From: an uncultured Rickettsiales bacterium
GTDB lineage: Bacteria; Pseudomonadota; Alphaproteobacteria; Rickettsiales; CAYLHV01
Length of the DNA stretch: 64,000 nt
Reading direction: 5' to 3'
Assembly: GCA_964383745.1 (NCBI GenBank)
Contig: CAYLHV010000006.1
Span: 3,196 to 67,195 of the forward strand
Part shown: one piece after another, positions 28,231 to 36,391 of the stretch
Layout: the number at the start of each line of letters is the position of its first letter
Position numbering within the stretch: position 1 is the first letter of the stretch
Made by a program: the position numbers and the translations under genes
Notes under the pieces: model-generated
What the model was told of the DNA's origin: nothing
The model's database searches: none
The model's input: the letters and a program-made list of their open reading frames with translations, nothing else

Positions 28231-29982
28231 TTACATTCCCAACAAAGAATCGAGATCAATTTTTAATTTGTCACCAATGATCTTATTTAGCTTTTTCGTG
28301 ACTTTTTCCTTCACTTTTTCCGTTTCTTTGTGAATCTTTTTTTCAAATGTATGTTTTCCAACCATAATCAAGAAATTTTGAACAATTCTTTCAAAAGCAG
28401 CTTCTTTGCCTTTTATGATTGGCAAGGAATTTTTTTCATTTTTCACTAATTCAAATTCAATTTCCTGTTCATCTTTAGAAAGAATCGACTCTTCAGCAAA
28501 TTCACTTAAAGATGCTTTGACGAAATCATCTAGTTTATCATAGTAAAGAATGCCATTTTGTTCTGGAGCTGCGTTAAAATCAATTTTACGAATTTCATCA
28601 GCCACTCTTCTGACATAGGCCAAAATTGAGTCAGCAACCTCTTGATATTTTGACATTTTGATTTTCAGATCATAGGATGTGGCGCCATTTCTTCTTGCCC
28701 CCTCCCCTGTGAATTTAATTTTTCTGCCTAAGAACTCAAATTCTAACTTTTTAATCGAGAGATTTTCTGTGTCATTTTTGTCAAGATACGTCAATTTGAT
28801 TTCAGATTTTAACTTTCCAAAGCGATGAAAATGAGGAACTAGAATTTGAAGATTGTTTATATATGTCTCCGAATGATGATCTATTGTTTCTGGCAACATC
28901 CATTTTGATTTTTCTTTCCTTAGAGTGCCTGCAAGCTTCTGAACTTCCGATAAAATGATTTTATAGAAATTCACAGTGAAAGAATTTTCACCTTTCCAAT
29001 CAATCTTCACAAATTTAACATCACCTTTTTTCATTGAAAAATCGACATCCAGAGAGGAGTCGGAAGAAAAATTTGAGCTCACAAGCTCAAAAGGACATTT
29101 CAATGAAAATTTAACATCACCTTGCTCAAAATCTTTTTTATTTACAGTACCTTCATAGTTTATGCTTCCGGAACCATTAAAATGTTCAAAAGCTTTCAAA
29201 GATGCATTTGTCATTGGTTGATCAGAAAAAATGGCTTTATAGGCTGAATTTGCTTGAAGCTTCTGCAAAACTTCAACGCCATGCTTAGTCAAATTAAGAT
29301 TTTTAATCGTGAAATCAAGGTCAATACTGCCAAAACCATTATTAATTTTTTTAATTTGCAAATTATTGTAAAATTGTTCGGAAGAGAGGATTTTCTTTCC
29401 AGAGGCATTAAGATTAATAAACTCACACTCCTTGCAATTAAGATTAATGCCCTTGATTTGCGTTAAAAAATCATCATTTTGTTTTAAGATCGGCGCGTCC
29501 AGTGTGATTTCGAGCATTCCAGCCTTGCCTTTTGACGCAACTTTAAACCTATCTTGCAGAATTTTCAATTCATATGTCGAACCTCCTTGGAGCTTGATTT
29601 TACTTAATGTAAAAAGAAGATTCAAATTGAAGATCAAAGATTTTTCAGAAGAATATTTGAAATTAAAAAAATCACGATCATTTAGTAAATTCCGAAGAAT
29701 CTGCAGTTTTTCTTGATTTTGCTCAACAGCAATTTTTTGATTCAGCTTGCTCTTAAAGATTTCCGCATTAAGTAGCTCAAAATTTGGCTTTAAGAAGCTG
29801 ATTTCAAATGAAAATGGGAAACCTTTAACGGAAATTTCTTCAAATGAAAATTTTACCCCCATTTCTTCCAAATTTTTCAGTTTCTCAGGAAGTTTGTTTT
29901 GGATTAAAGCGCTGATTCCAAACCATAAAATAACATATAGCAGCATTAATCCTAACAGAAATCTCGAAATTTTAACTTTCAT
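28231..29982 (-). CDS. hypothetical membrane-anchored protein (possibly DUF2125-like)
   Basis: 583 aa with an N-terminal TM segment (FLLGLMLLYVILWFGISALI). ISVKGFPFSFEISF resembles the GFPF(R) motif I recall from alphaproteobacterial DUF2125 proteins. The family call is weak. Confidence 0.65.
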   Translation of the reverse strand: MKVKISRFLLGLMLLYVILWFGISALIQNKLPEKLKNLEEMGVKFSFEEISVKGFPFSFEISFLKPNFELLNAEIFKSKLNQKIAVEQNQEKLQILRNLLNDRDFFNFKYSSEKSLIFNLNLLFTLSKIKLQGGSTYELKILQDRFKVASKGKAGMLEITLDAPILKQNDDFLTQIKGINLNCKECEFINLNASGKKILSSEQFYNNLQIKKINNGFGSIDLDFTIKNLNLTKHGVEVLQKLQANSAYKAIFSDQPMTNASLKAFEHFNGSGSINYEGTVNKKDFEQGDVKFSLKCPFELVSSNFSSDSSLDVDFSMKKGDVKFVKIDWKGENSFTVNFYKIILSEVQKLAGTLRKEKSKWMLPETIDHHSETYINNLQILVPHFHRFGKLKSEIKLTYLDKNDTENLSIKKLEFEFLGRKIKFTGEGARRNGATSYDLKIKMSKYQEVADSILAYVRRVADEIRKIDFNAAPEQNGILYYDKLDDFVKASLSEFAEESILSKDEQEIEFELVKNEKNSLPIIKGKEAAFERIVQNFLIMVGKHTFEKKIHKETEKVKEKVTKKLNKIIGDKLKIDLDSLLGM

Positions 29983-30096
29983 TTTTTATTTTCTCAAAAT
30001 ATGTATTTAAACTGGCTTTATGATAGAAGATATATATCTTATCACACGTCAGGTCAAGGACTTTGAAGAAAAAAACTTCATTTTGTGAAAAAAAAC

Positions 30097-30125
30097 TTGC
30101 AAATAAGACATGATTGCTCTAAATT
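30097..30125 (+). promoter_or_regulatory. sigma70-like promoter candidate (TTGCAA-17 nt-TAAATT) for ffs
   Basis: Hexamers at 30097-30102 and 30120-30125. The predicted start site falls at the 5' end of the SRP RNA helix (about 30136). Confidence 0.45.
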
Positions 30126-30135
30126 CCTTTATTAA

Positions 30136-30233
30136 GGAAGAAAGTGGCCGGGCAAATTTTTTGCTTAAAAACAGGTCAGGTCCTAACAGAAGCAGCCAAA
30201 GTGAAGTTGATTTGGGTCAGTTGCTTTCTTCCC
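30136..30233 (+). ncRNA. ffs: signal recognition particle RNA (small, 4.5S type)
   Basis: Conserved domain IV sequence CAGGTCAGGTCC....AGAAGCAGCCAAAG. Terminal helix GGAAGAAAG (30136-30144) pairs with CTTTCTTCC (30224-30232), and TGGCC pairs with GGTCA. It sits immediately upstream of dnaX-ybaB-recR, a common linkage. Confidence 0.75.
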
Positions 30234-30262
30234 TCAAACTTTTTAAAGAAAATGATGAAATC

Positions 30263-31801
30263 ATGGAAAATCAAAGCAAATATGTCATTCTTGCAAGAAA
30301 ATATAGGCCCGCTAGTTTTGTTGATTTAAAAGGCCAAGATGCGCTTGTCAGAAGCGTTTCTGGGGCCTTATTCAGCCAAAAACTGGCTCACGCATTCCTC
30401 TTAAGCGGCATTCGCGGCATTGGAAAAACAACAACCGCCAGAATCATGGCCAAGCTCATGAATTGCAAAAATGTGACTTTCGCAAATGGCGTCGCTCTTT
30501 CTTGTGAAAATTGTGATAATTGCAAGAGTTTCAACGCACATAATCACCCTGACGTGTTGGAAATTGACGCTGCAAGCAAAACCGGCGTTGATGACATTCG
30601 CGAAATCATTGAAAATGCTGCCTACATGCCATTGATTGGTAAATATAAAATTTATATTATAGATGAAGTGCACATGTTGTCGAAAAACGCTTTTAATGCG
30701 CTTTTAAAGACGTTGGAAGAGCCTCCTGCACATGTTAAATTTATTTTTGCGACCACGGAAATGCACAAAATTCCTGCAACAATCTTGTCGAGATGTCAGA
30801 ATTTTTCGCTCAAAGCGCTCGGGTTGCTTGATCTCAAGAATCATTTGGCGGAAATTGCAAAAAAAGAAGACATTCAAATTTCTGACGAAGCTCTTGAAAT
30901 TTTGGCAAATGAGTCTGAAGGTTCAGTGCGAGATTCGCTTTCTTTGCTTGATCAAGTTGCATCAATTGGAGGCATGATTTCAGCGGAAGATGTTCGCAAC
31001 ATGATTGGATATGGCTCAAAACTTGACATTCATGAGCTTTTTGAGCACGTCATCATGGCAGAAACTGAAAAAGCTTTGGAAATTTTAAATGAAATTCACA
31101 GAAATGGCACTGATTGTGGGTTGATTTTGCGGGAAATGTTGACTCTCACAAATCAAATTAGTAAATGTAAAATTTCAAATTCCTATTTGAAAAATGCTTT
31201 AGTGCCTGAAAATGAAAAAGCAAATTTGCAGAAATTTAAAGAAAATCTTGAAATTTCAACACTTTCATCCATTTGGCAAATGCTTTTGAAAGCGTGCCAA
31301 GAAATGAAAATTGCGCCTAATAAATTGATGAGCGCTGAAATGAGCATCATTAGGCTGTGTTTTATGTCAAATGGCCCTTCTCTGTCACAAATTCTCAAAG
31401 GAATTAATCAAAATGTGAATTTGAAAAACTCCTCTAATTTAGATGTTGCTGGATTGTTAAATTTGCTGCAAGAAAAAAACGAATTGGTTTTAATACATCA
31501 CATTAAGAACAGCATATATATCACTGAATTTTCAAATAATTCTTTTTCCTATGCGATTACAAACGACGCTCGGTTGCCGGAAGATTTTGGGCAAAAAATG
31601 CGGGATTTTTTCAAGGATAATCTTGGTGAAAATTGGAAAATTTCAAAAATTGAAATAACTGAAAAACAAGAAACAATCACCGATGCTGAAAGCAGGAAAA
31701 AAGAAAAATTAAAAAAAGAATTGAGTGAGAATCCACTCGTTAGAGACTTTTTGAAAGAATTCACAGGCAGCAATGTTAAAGATGTTCGAATTATTAATTA
31801 A
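30263..31801 (+). CDS. dnaX: DNA polymerase III subunit gamma/tau
   Basis: ARKYRPASFVDLKGQ, Walker A GIRGIGKTT, Walker B IYIIDEVHML, sensor SRCQ. ATG 30263 is preferred over the ORF-track start at 30110, because that extension covers ffs. Confidence 0.93.
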   Translation: MENQSKYVILARKYRPASFVDLKGQDALVRSVSGALFSQKLAHAFLLSGIRGIGKTTTARIMAKLMNCKNVTFANGVALSCENCDNCKSFNAHNHPDVLEIDAASKTGVDDIREIIENAAYMPLIGKYKIYIIDEVHMLSKNAFNALLKTLEEPPAHVKFIFATTEMHKIPATILSRCQNFSLKALGLLDLKNHLAEIAKKEDIQISDEALEILANESEGSVRDSLSLLDQVASIGGMISAEDVRNMIGYGSKLDIHELFEHVIMAETEKALEILNEIHRNGTDCGLILREMLTLTNQISKCKISNSYLKNALVPENEKANLQKFKENLEISTLSSIWQMLLKACQEMKIAPNKLMSAEMSIIRLCFMSNGPSLSQILKGINQNVNLKNSSNLDVAGLLNLLQEKNELVLIHHIKNSIYITEFSNNSFSYAITNDARLPEDFGQKMRDFFKDNLGENWKISKIEITEKQETITDAESRKKEKLKKELSENPLVRDFLKEFTGSNVKDVRIIN

Positions 31802-31826
31802 ATCTTAAATTTAAGGAGAAAATAAC

Positions 31827-32147
31827 ATGAATATGAATCAAATCATGCAACAAGCGCAAGCAATGCAGAAAAAAATGGAAGAGATGCAGAAAAAGCTGGA
31901 AAGCACTGAATATGAAGGAAAATCTGGCGGTGATGCAGTTAAAATCATGCTAAGCGGCAAATTTAACATTAATTCTTTGAACATTTCCGAGGAATTGTTG
32001 AAAGAAGGTGATGCGGAACTCATTTCCGACTTGGTGATTGCCGCTTTTAACGATGCTAAAACGAAAGTGGAGGATGATTCAAAAAATTCCATGTCTGGCA
32101 TGTTTGGCGGCATGAAATTACCAGCTGGTTTTAAAATGCCATTTTAG
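31827..32147 (+). CDS. ybaB: YbaB/EbfC family nucleoid-associated protein
   Basis: 106 aa. MQQAQAMQKKMEEMQKKL...GGDAVKIMLSG...ISDLVIAAFNDA is typical of YbaB. An AGGAG Shine-Dalgarno lies upstream. Confidence 0.92.
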   Translation: MNMNQIMQQAQAMQKKMEEMQKKLESTEYEGKSGGDAVKIMLSGKFNINSLNISEELLKEGDAELISDLVIAAFNDAKTKVEDDSKNSMSGMFGGMKLPAGFKMPF

Positions 32148-32159
32148 TTGATTAACTCA

Positions 32160-32756
32160 ATGATTAGCAAAGAAATTGAAAGATTAATTTACTTTTTTGC
32201 AAAAATTCCTGGTTTTGGGCCAAAATCGGCTCGTAGGGCGGTTTTGCATTTAATGAAAAATCAAGAGACAAGCCTAACACCCCTGCAAAAAGCCCTTGAT
32301 TCTGCGGCACATTCTGTGAAAGAATGCCAGATTTGTGGGAATTTAGATAATTTTTCACCTTGCTCAATTTGCGCATCAACTGACCGTGATGAGAGCAAAA
32401 TTTGCGTCATTGAAAGCATTGCGGACCTTTGGGCCATTGAAAGAAGTGGCATTTTTGAAGGGAAATATCACATTCTTGGCGGGGTGCTTTCCGCAATTAA
32501 TGGAGTTGGACCAGAAGATTTGAACATTTCACCTTTGTTGAGAAAGCTTGAACATGAAAAAATCTCGGAAATCATTCTGGCAACTAATGCCACTTTAGAG
32601 GGGCAGACCACAGCAAACTATATTTTCAACCTCATTAAAAAATCTCATGACATTCAAATATCGAAATTGGCATATGGCATTCCAATTGGAGGAGAACTTG
32701 ATTATTTGGACGAAGGAACTTTGAGCGAAGCTTTTAATTCTCGCAAAATTTATTAA
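32160..32756 (+). CDS. recR: recombination protein RecR
   Basis: HhH motif IPGFGPKSARR, C4 zinc finger CQICGNLDNFSPCSIC, and a Toprim region. The ORF track starts at TTG 32148; ATG 32160 is more likely. Confidence 0.93.
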   Translation: MISKEIERLIYFFAKIPGFGPKSARRAVLHLMKNQETSLTPLQKALDSAAHSVKECQICGNLDNFSPCSICASTDRDESKICVIESIADLWAIERSGIFEGKYHILGGVLSAINGVGPEDLNISPLLRKLEHEKISEIILATNATLEGQTTANYIFNLIKKSHDIQISKLAYGIPIGGELDYLDEGTLSEAFNSRKIY

Positions 32757-32823
32757 AATTCCTTATTTATCAATCACAAAACCTTCATCAAAGTGATATT
32801 TTAAACGATTAGGCTTAAAAAGC

Positions 32824-32852
32824 TTGACATCTTTTGGTAAGTAAGTTACAAT
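32824..32852 (+). promoter_or_regulatory. sigma70-like promoter candidate (TTGACA-17 nt-TACAAT)
   Basis: Consensus -35 at 32824-32829 and a near-consensus -10 at 32847-32852, upstream of the transglycosylase gene. Confidence 0.5.
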
Positions 32853-32874
32853 TTGTTTAACTTTTAGTTAATAA

Positions 32875-33480
32875 ATGATTAATAAGGGAAATATAATGCA
32901 ATATAAAATTAAACATTTTGTAGCATTAGCAATGCTTGTAACTTTAATTTTACCCAGCTATGCTTCATTTTCAATTGAATCAAACCCGGAAGATATTTAT
33001 AATAATAATATCAATAATTTTAATAATAAATGTGTGTTTTTTGCTAAATATTTCGAGGAAAGATTAGCCATTCCTAAAGGTTTGCTTCATTCGGTTTCAA
33101 CTGCAGAGTCAAGCTTAAATCCTTGGACAATTAACATTCAAGGCAAAGCATATTATTTCTCAAGTAAGAATGAGGCTGTGGATTTCGTGAAAACCAAGTT
33201 AAATCAAGGGGTTAAGTCGATTGATGTTGGATGCATGCAAATTAATCTATATCATCATGGTGACGCTTTTAAGAGTTTAGAAACCGCCATTGATCCAAAA
33301 ACCAACATTTCATATGCCGCATTTTTGCTGAAAAATGGCTATAAGAGAAATTATTCCTGGCAAGAAGCAATTGCTAATTATCACTCAAAACATGAAAATT
33401 TAGGCAAAAATTATGCTTCTAAAGTCTTAAAAATTTGGAAGAATCATATTAACGGCCTGGTCAAGATGGCACAAAAATAA
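32875..33480 (+). CDS. lytic transglycosylase (SLT domain) protein
   Basis: 201 aa with a signal peptide. LLHSVSTAESSLNPWTINIQGKAYYF contains the catalytic-Glu ES motif, and GCMQIN fits SLT. Confidence 0.75.
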   Translation: MINKGNIMQYKIKHFVALAMLVTLILPSYASFSIESNPEDIYNNNINNFNNKCVFFAKYFEERLAIPKGLLHSVSTAESSLNPWTINIQGKAYYFSSKNEAVDFVKTKLNQGVKSIDVGCMQINLYHHGDAFKSLETAIDPKTNISYAAFLLKNGYKRNYSWQEAIANYHSKHENLGKNYASKVLKIWKNHINGLVKMAQK

Positions 33481-33486
33481 GTTAAT

Positions 33487-34452
33487 CTAAAAACGGAAAA
33501 GTGAGCCGCCCCAACATAAGCCCGCCCCGAATGCTTCAATCAACACTAATTGACCTCTTTTGATTTGGCCTGTTTCAAAGGCGTGATTCAGAGCAAGAGG
33601 AATTGAGGCAGCCGAAGTGTTGGCATGAAAACTCACCGTTTTGATGACTTTTTCTTGCTCAATTGCAAGTTTTTCAACCACAGCATTAATGATTCTGGTG
33701 TTAGCCTGGTGAGGAATGACAAGGTCAACATCTTTTGCAGAAAATCCATTAATTTCAAGGGTTTGCATGCTGACTTCTGAAAGCCTGTTCACAGCATGTT
33801 TGAAAACTTCCGTGCCTTTCATGCGCAAATGGCCTGATTTTCCGTTAAAAGCCACACCACCATCTGTGTTTAAAATTTCCCCTAAACTGCCGTCACTTTG
33901 TAGTTTTGATTGAAAAATTTCGCCAGAATTTTCTGGGTCAGAATTTGCAGAAATCACCACTGCCCCTGCCCCGTCACCAAACAGAACAGAAGTTGAGCGA
34001 TCTTGCCAATCAACGACTGAAGACATTTTTTCTGCTGCAACTAATAGTATGTTTTTATAGGCACCTGAAAAGATTAATTTACTTGCAATTTCAAGGCCAT
34101 AGACAAAACCGGAACAAACAGCTTGCAAGTCAAAGGCCGGACAATTATTTGTACAAGCCAATTTCTGCTGAAGCCTCACTGCTGTTGAAGGAAAAGTTAG
34201 GTCTGGAGTGGTTGTGGCAACCAAAATCAAATCAATTTCATTAACAGACATTCCTGCATTCGCCAAAGCCTTTTTTGCAGCTTTTTCCGCCATATCTGAC
34301 GTGAGCTCATTTTCCGCTGCAATGTGCCTCTGTTCAATGCCAGTTCTTTGCACAATCCATTCATGAGTTGTGTCCATGAATTTGGACAAGTCGTGATTTG
34401 TAAGAATTTTTTCCGGAAGATAACCTCCGCATGATTTTATATATGATTTCAT
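33487..34452 (-). CDS. fabH: 3-oxoacyl-ACP synthase III
   Basis: 321 aa with active-site AVCSGF, HQANTRI and GAGLCWG. Confidence 0.95.
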   Translation of the reverse strand: MKSYIKSCGGYLPEKILTNHDLSKFMDTTHEWIVQRTGIEQRHIAAENELTSDMAEKAAKKALANAGMSVNEIDLILVATTTPDLTFPSTAVRLQQKLACTNNCPAFDLQAVCSGFVYGLEIASKLIFSGAYKNILLVAAEKMSSVVDWQDRSTSVLFGDGAGAVVISANSDPENSGEIFQSKLQSDGSLGEILNTDGGVAFNGKSGHLRMKGTEVFKHAVNRLSEVSMQTLEINGFSAKDVDLVIPHQANTRIINAVVEKLAIEQEKVIKTVSFHANTSAASIPLALNHAFETGQIKRGQLVLIEAFGAGLCWGGSLFRF

Positions 34453-34458
34453 GTCAAA

Positions 34459-35505
34459 TTACGCTAAAAACTCAGGATATTGTTCAACAATTCGGTTGAT
34501 TTCTTCAATGATTTTATCATTAACTTCAAATTTAGCGAGACTAATGGCAACGTTAATTGCATTAGAAAATGCAAGATCTCCGGCAGAACCATGGCTTTTC
34601 ACAACAACTCCGCCAAGACCAAGCAACATGGCGCCATTATAAAGCCTGTGGTCAAATCTTTTGAAAATCTTATCCAACGAAGGTTTGGCAAGCAAATAGC
34701 CCAATTTGGCTAAGATGTTGTTTTTAAAGGCTTTTTTTAGAAAATCTTTATGAAATTTTGCTGTCCCTTCAGCAGTTTTAAGCGCAACATTCCCGGTGAA
34801 TCCGTCTGTGACGACCACATCAAAAAGCCCTTGAAAAAGCTGATCTCCCTCAACATAGCCGCAGAAATTTAGAGGCATTTCCTCATTTCGCATCATGCTG
34901 GAGGCGTTTTTGACCATTTCATTGCCTTTCACATCTTCTGAGCCAATGTTAAGCAGGCCAATTCTGGGATTTTCAATGCCAAAATTGGCACGCGCAAATG
35001 CATCACCCATGACGGCAAATTGCAGCAGATTTTCTGCACTACATTCAGCATTAGCGCCAAGATCAAGCATGAGAAACTTGCCCGTGATTGACGGCATGAC
35101 AGCTGCAATTGCTGGCCTCAAAATGCCCGGCAAAGTTCTGAGAGCAATTTTAGAAATGGCCATTAAAGCCCCAGTGTTGCCCGACGAAACAATGGCATGA
35201 GCATTTTTTTCCTTCACTGATTCAATTGCCAAAGTCATGCTAGAATTTTTACCTTTTCTCAAGGCAACAGAAGGCTTTTCATGAGATGAGATGGTCTCCT
35301 CAGCATGCATGATTTCAGAAGATTTTTTAAGATTCTTGCATTTTGCAAGCTCAGGCAAAATCTGATTTTCATCTCCGAACAGCTGAAAAAAAACGTCAGG
35401 ATTAGCAATTGCTGACATTTCAGCCCCTCTGAGGTTACTCGCCACCCCCAAATCTCCTCCCATGATGTCTAAGGCAATGATGATTTTTTTTTGCCCTTCT
35501 AACAT
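34459..35505 (-). CDS. plsX: phosphate acyltransferase PlsX
   Basis: 348 aa with IALDIMGGDLG, SSGNTGALMA and VVKSHGSA. Confidence 0.95.
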   Translation of the reverse strand: MLEGQKKIIIALDIMGGDLGVASNLRGAEMSAIANPDVFFQLFGDENQILPELAKCKNLKKSSEIMHAEETISSHEKPSVALRKGKNSSMTLAIESVKEKNAHAIVSSGNTGALMAISKIALRTLPGILRPAIAAVMPSITGKFLMLDLGANAECSAENLLQFAVMGDAFARANFGIENPRIGLLNIGSEDVKGNEMVKNASSMMRNEEMPLNFCGYVEGDQLFQGLFDVVVTDGFTGNVALKTAEGTAKFHKDFLKKAFKNNILAKLGYLLAKPSLDKIFKRFDHRLYNGAMLLGLGGVVVKSHGSAGDLAFSNAINVAISLAKFEVNDKIIEEINRIVEQYPEFLA

Positions 35506-35529
35506 TTTTTTGGCTTCCTTGCTTTAATT

Positions 35530-35709
35530 TTACGCTTGCTCTTCAATTGCAATCACTTGTCTTCCGCCATATTGACCTTCGGACATGTGGTGTTGAAGCC
35601 TGATTTCTCCAGTGTTTTTGTCTTCGACATAGTTCACTGGGGAAAGGGCGTGATGTGAACGTCTCATGTTTCTTTTTGATTTTGAAGTTCTTTTTTTAGG
35701 TACTGCCAT
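35530..35709 (-). CDS. rpmF: 50S ribosomal protein L32
   Basis: Hand-translated 59-aa ORF, below the ORF-track cutoff: [59 protein letters not shown]. Canonical rpmF-plsX-fabH order. Confidence 0.9.
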   Translation of the reverse strand: MAVPKKRTSKSKRNMRRSHHALSPVNYVEDKNTGEIRLQHHMSEGQYGGRQVIAIEEQA

Positions 35710-35935
35710 GTGGAATTCTCCGTAACAAATTGATTAACATCAAAATCTGCTTTAATTAAACCCACAGATTTGATATTATTGAATTAAATTATGCATTTAT
35801 CGCTTGCAATTATTTTGAATTTATAATACATATTTAATATAAAATCTAGTATAAAATGAAATTTTGAGAAAAATAATCTATTTTTTCTGTGAAATTTCAT
35901 TAAGATGATCCTTTTTTATTTGGAGCTTTTGTTAA

Positions 35936-36388
35936 ATGACCCTGAAAAGAATTTTTAAAATCACCTTTTTTGCATGTTTTTGTGGCATTTTTTCTGCATG
36001 TCATTCAAATTTGGACTTTAAAGGACATCAAATTCCCCAAGAATCTTTTGCTGCTCTTAAAGCTGGCCTTGGAAAAGAAGAAATCATCAACATTTTGGGA
36101 AACCCATCAACTCGCTCAGATTTCGGTTCAGAAACATGGTTCTATGTGTCTGAAAAAATTGAAAAAACTTCATATGTTAGAAATAATGTTTTAAAAAGGG
36201 AAGTCGTCATTCTTAATTTTTCTAAAGATGGAAAATTGCTTAATTTTAAGAAACTTGAAAATGATCAAGTAAATCCATTGGAATTTAATGAAGAAAAAAC
36301 TCCAATTAAAGGAGATGACACTTCTTTGATCAAAGAAACATTCAAAAACATTGGCAAATTCAACAAAAAACCACAAATTGAAAGATGA
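35936..36388 (+). CDS. bamE: outer membrane protein assembly factor BamE (SmpA/OmlA lipoprotein)
   Basis: 150 aa with a lipoprotein-like signal ending in SAC. GLGKEEIINILGNPSTRSDFGSETWFYV is typical of BamE. Confidence 0.75.
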   Translation: MTLKRIFKITFFACFCGIFSACHSNLDFKGHQIPQESFAALKAGLGKEEIINILGNPSTRSDFGSETWFYVSEKIEKTSYVRNNVLKREVVILNFSKDGKLLNFKKLENDQVNPLEFNEEKTPIKGDDTSLIKETFKNIGKFNKKPQIER

Positions 36389-36391
36389 TTT

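Noticed and set aside
30110-30262. 51-codon N-terminal extension of dnaX given in the ORF track
   Set aside because: The extension coincides with a well-folded SRP RNA and its promoter. The DnaX homology begins after ATG 30263.
30859-30866. A_AAA_AAA slippery heptamer in dnaX as a possible tau/gamma -1 frameshift site
   Set aside because: It lies at about residue 200, inside the AAA+ lid region, so a shift there would destroy the clamp-loader core. A second A-run near residue 535 is too close to the C-terminus. No downstream stem-loop was seen. A-runs are expected in AT-rich DNA.
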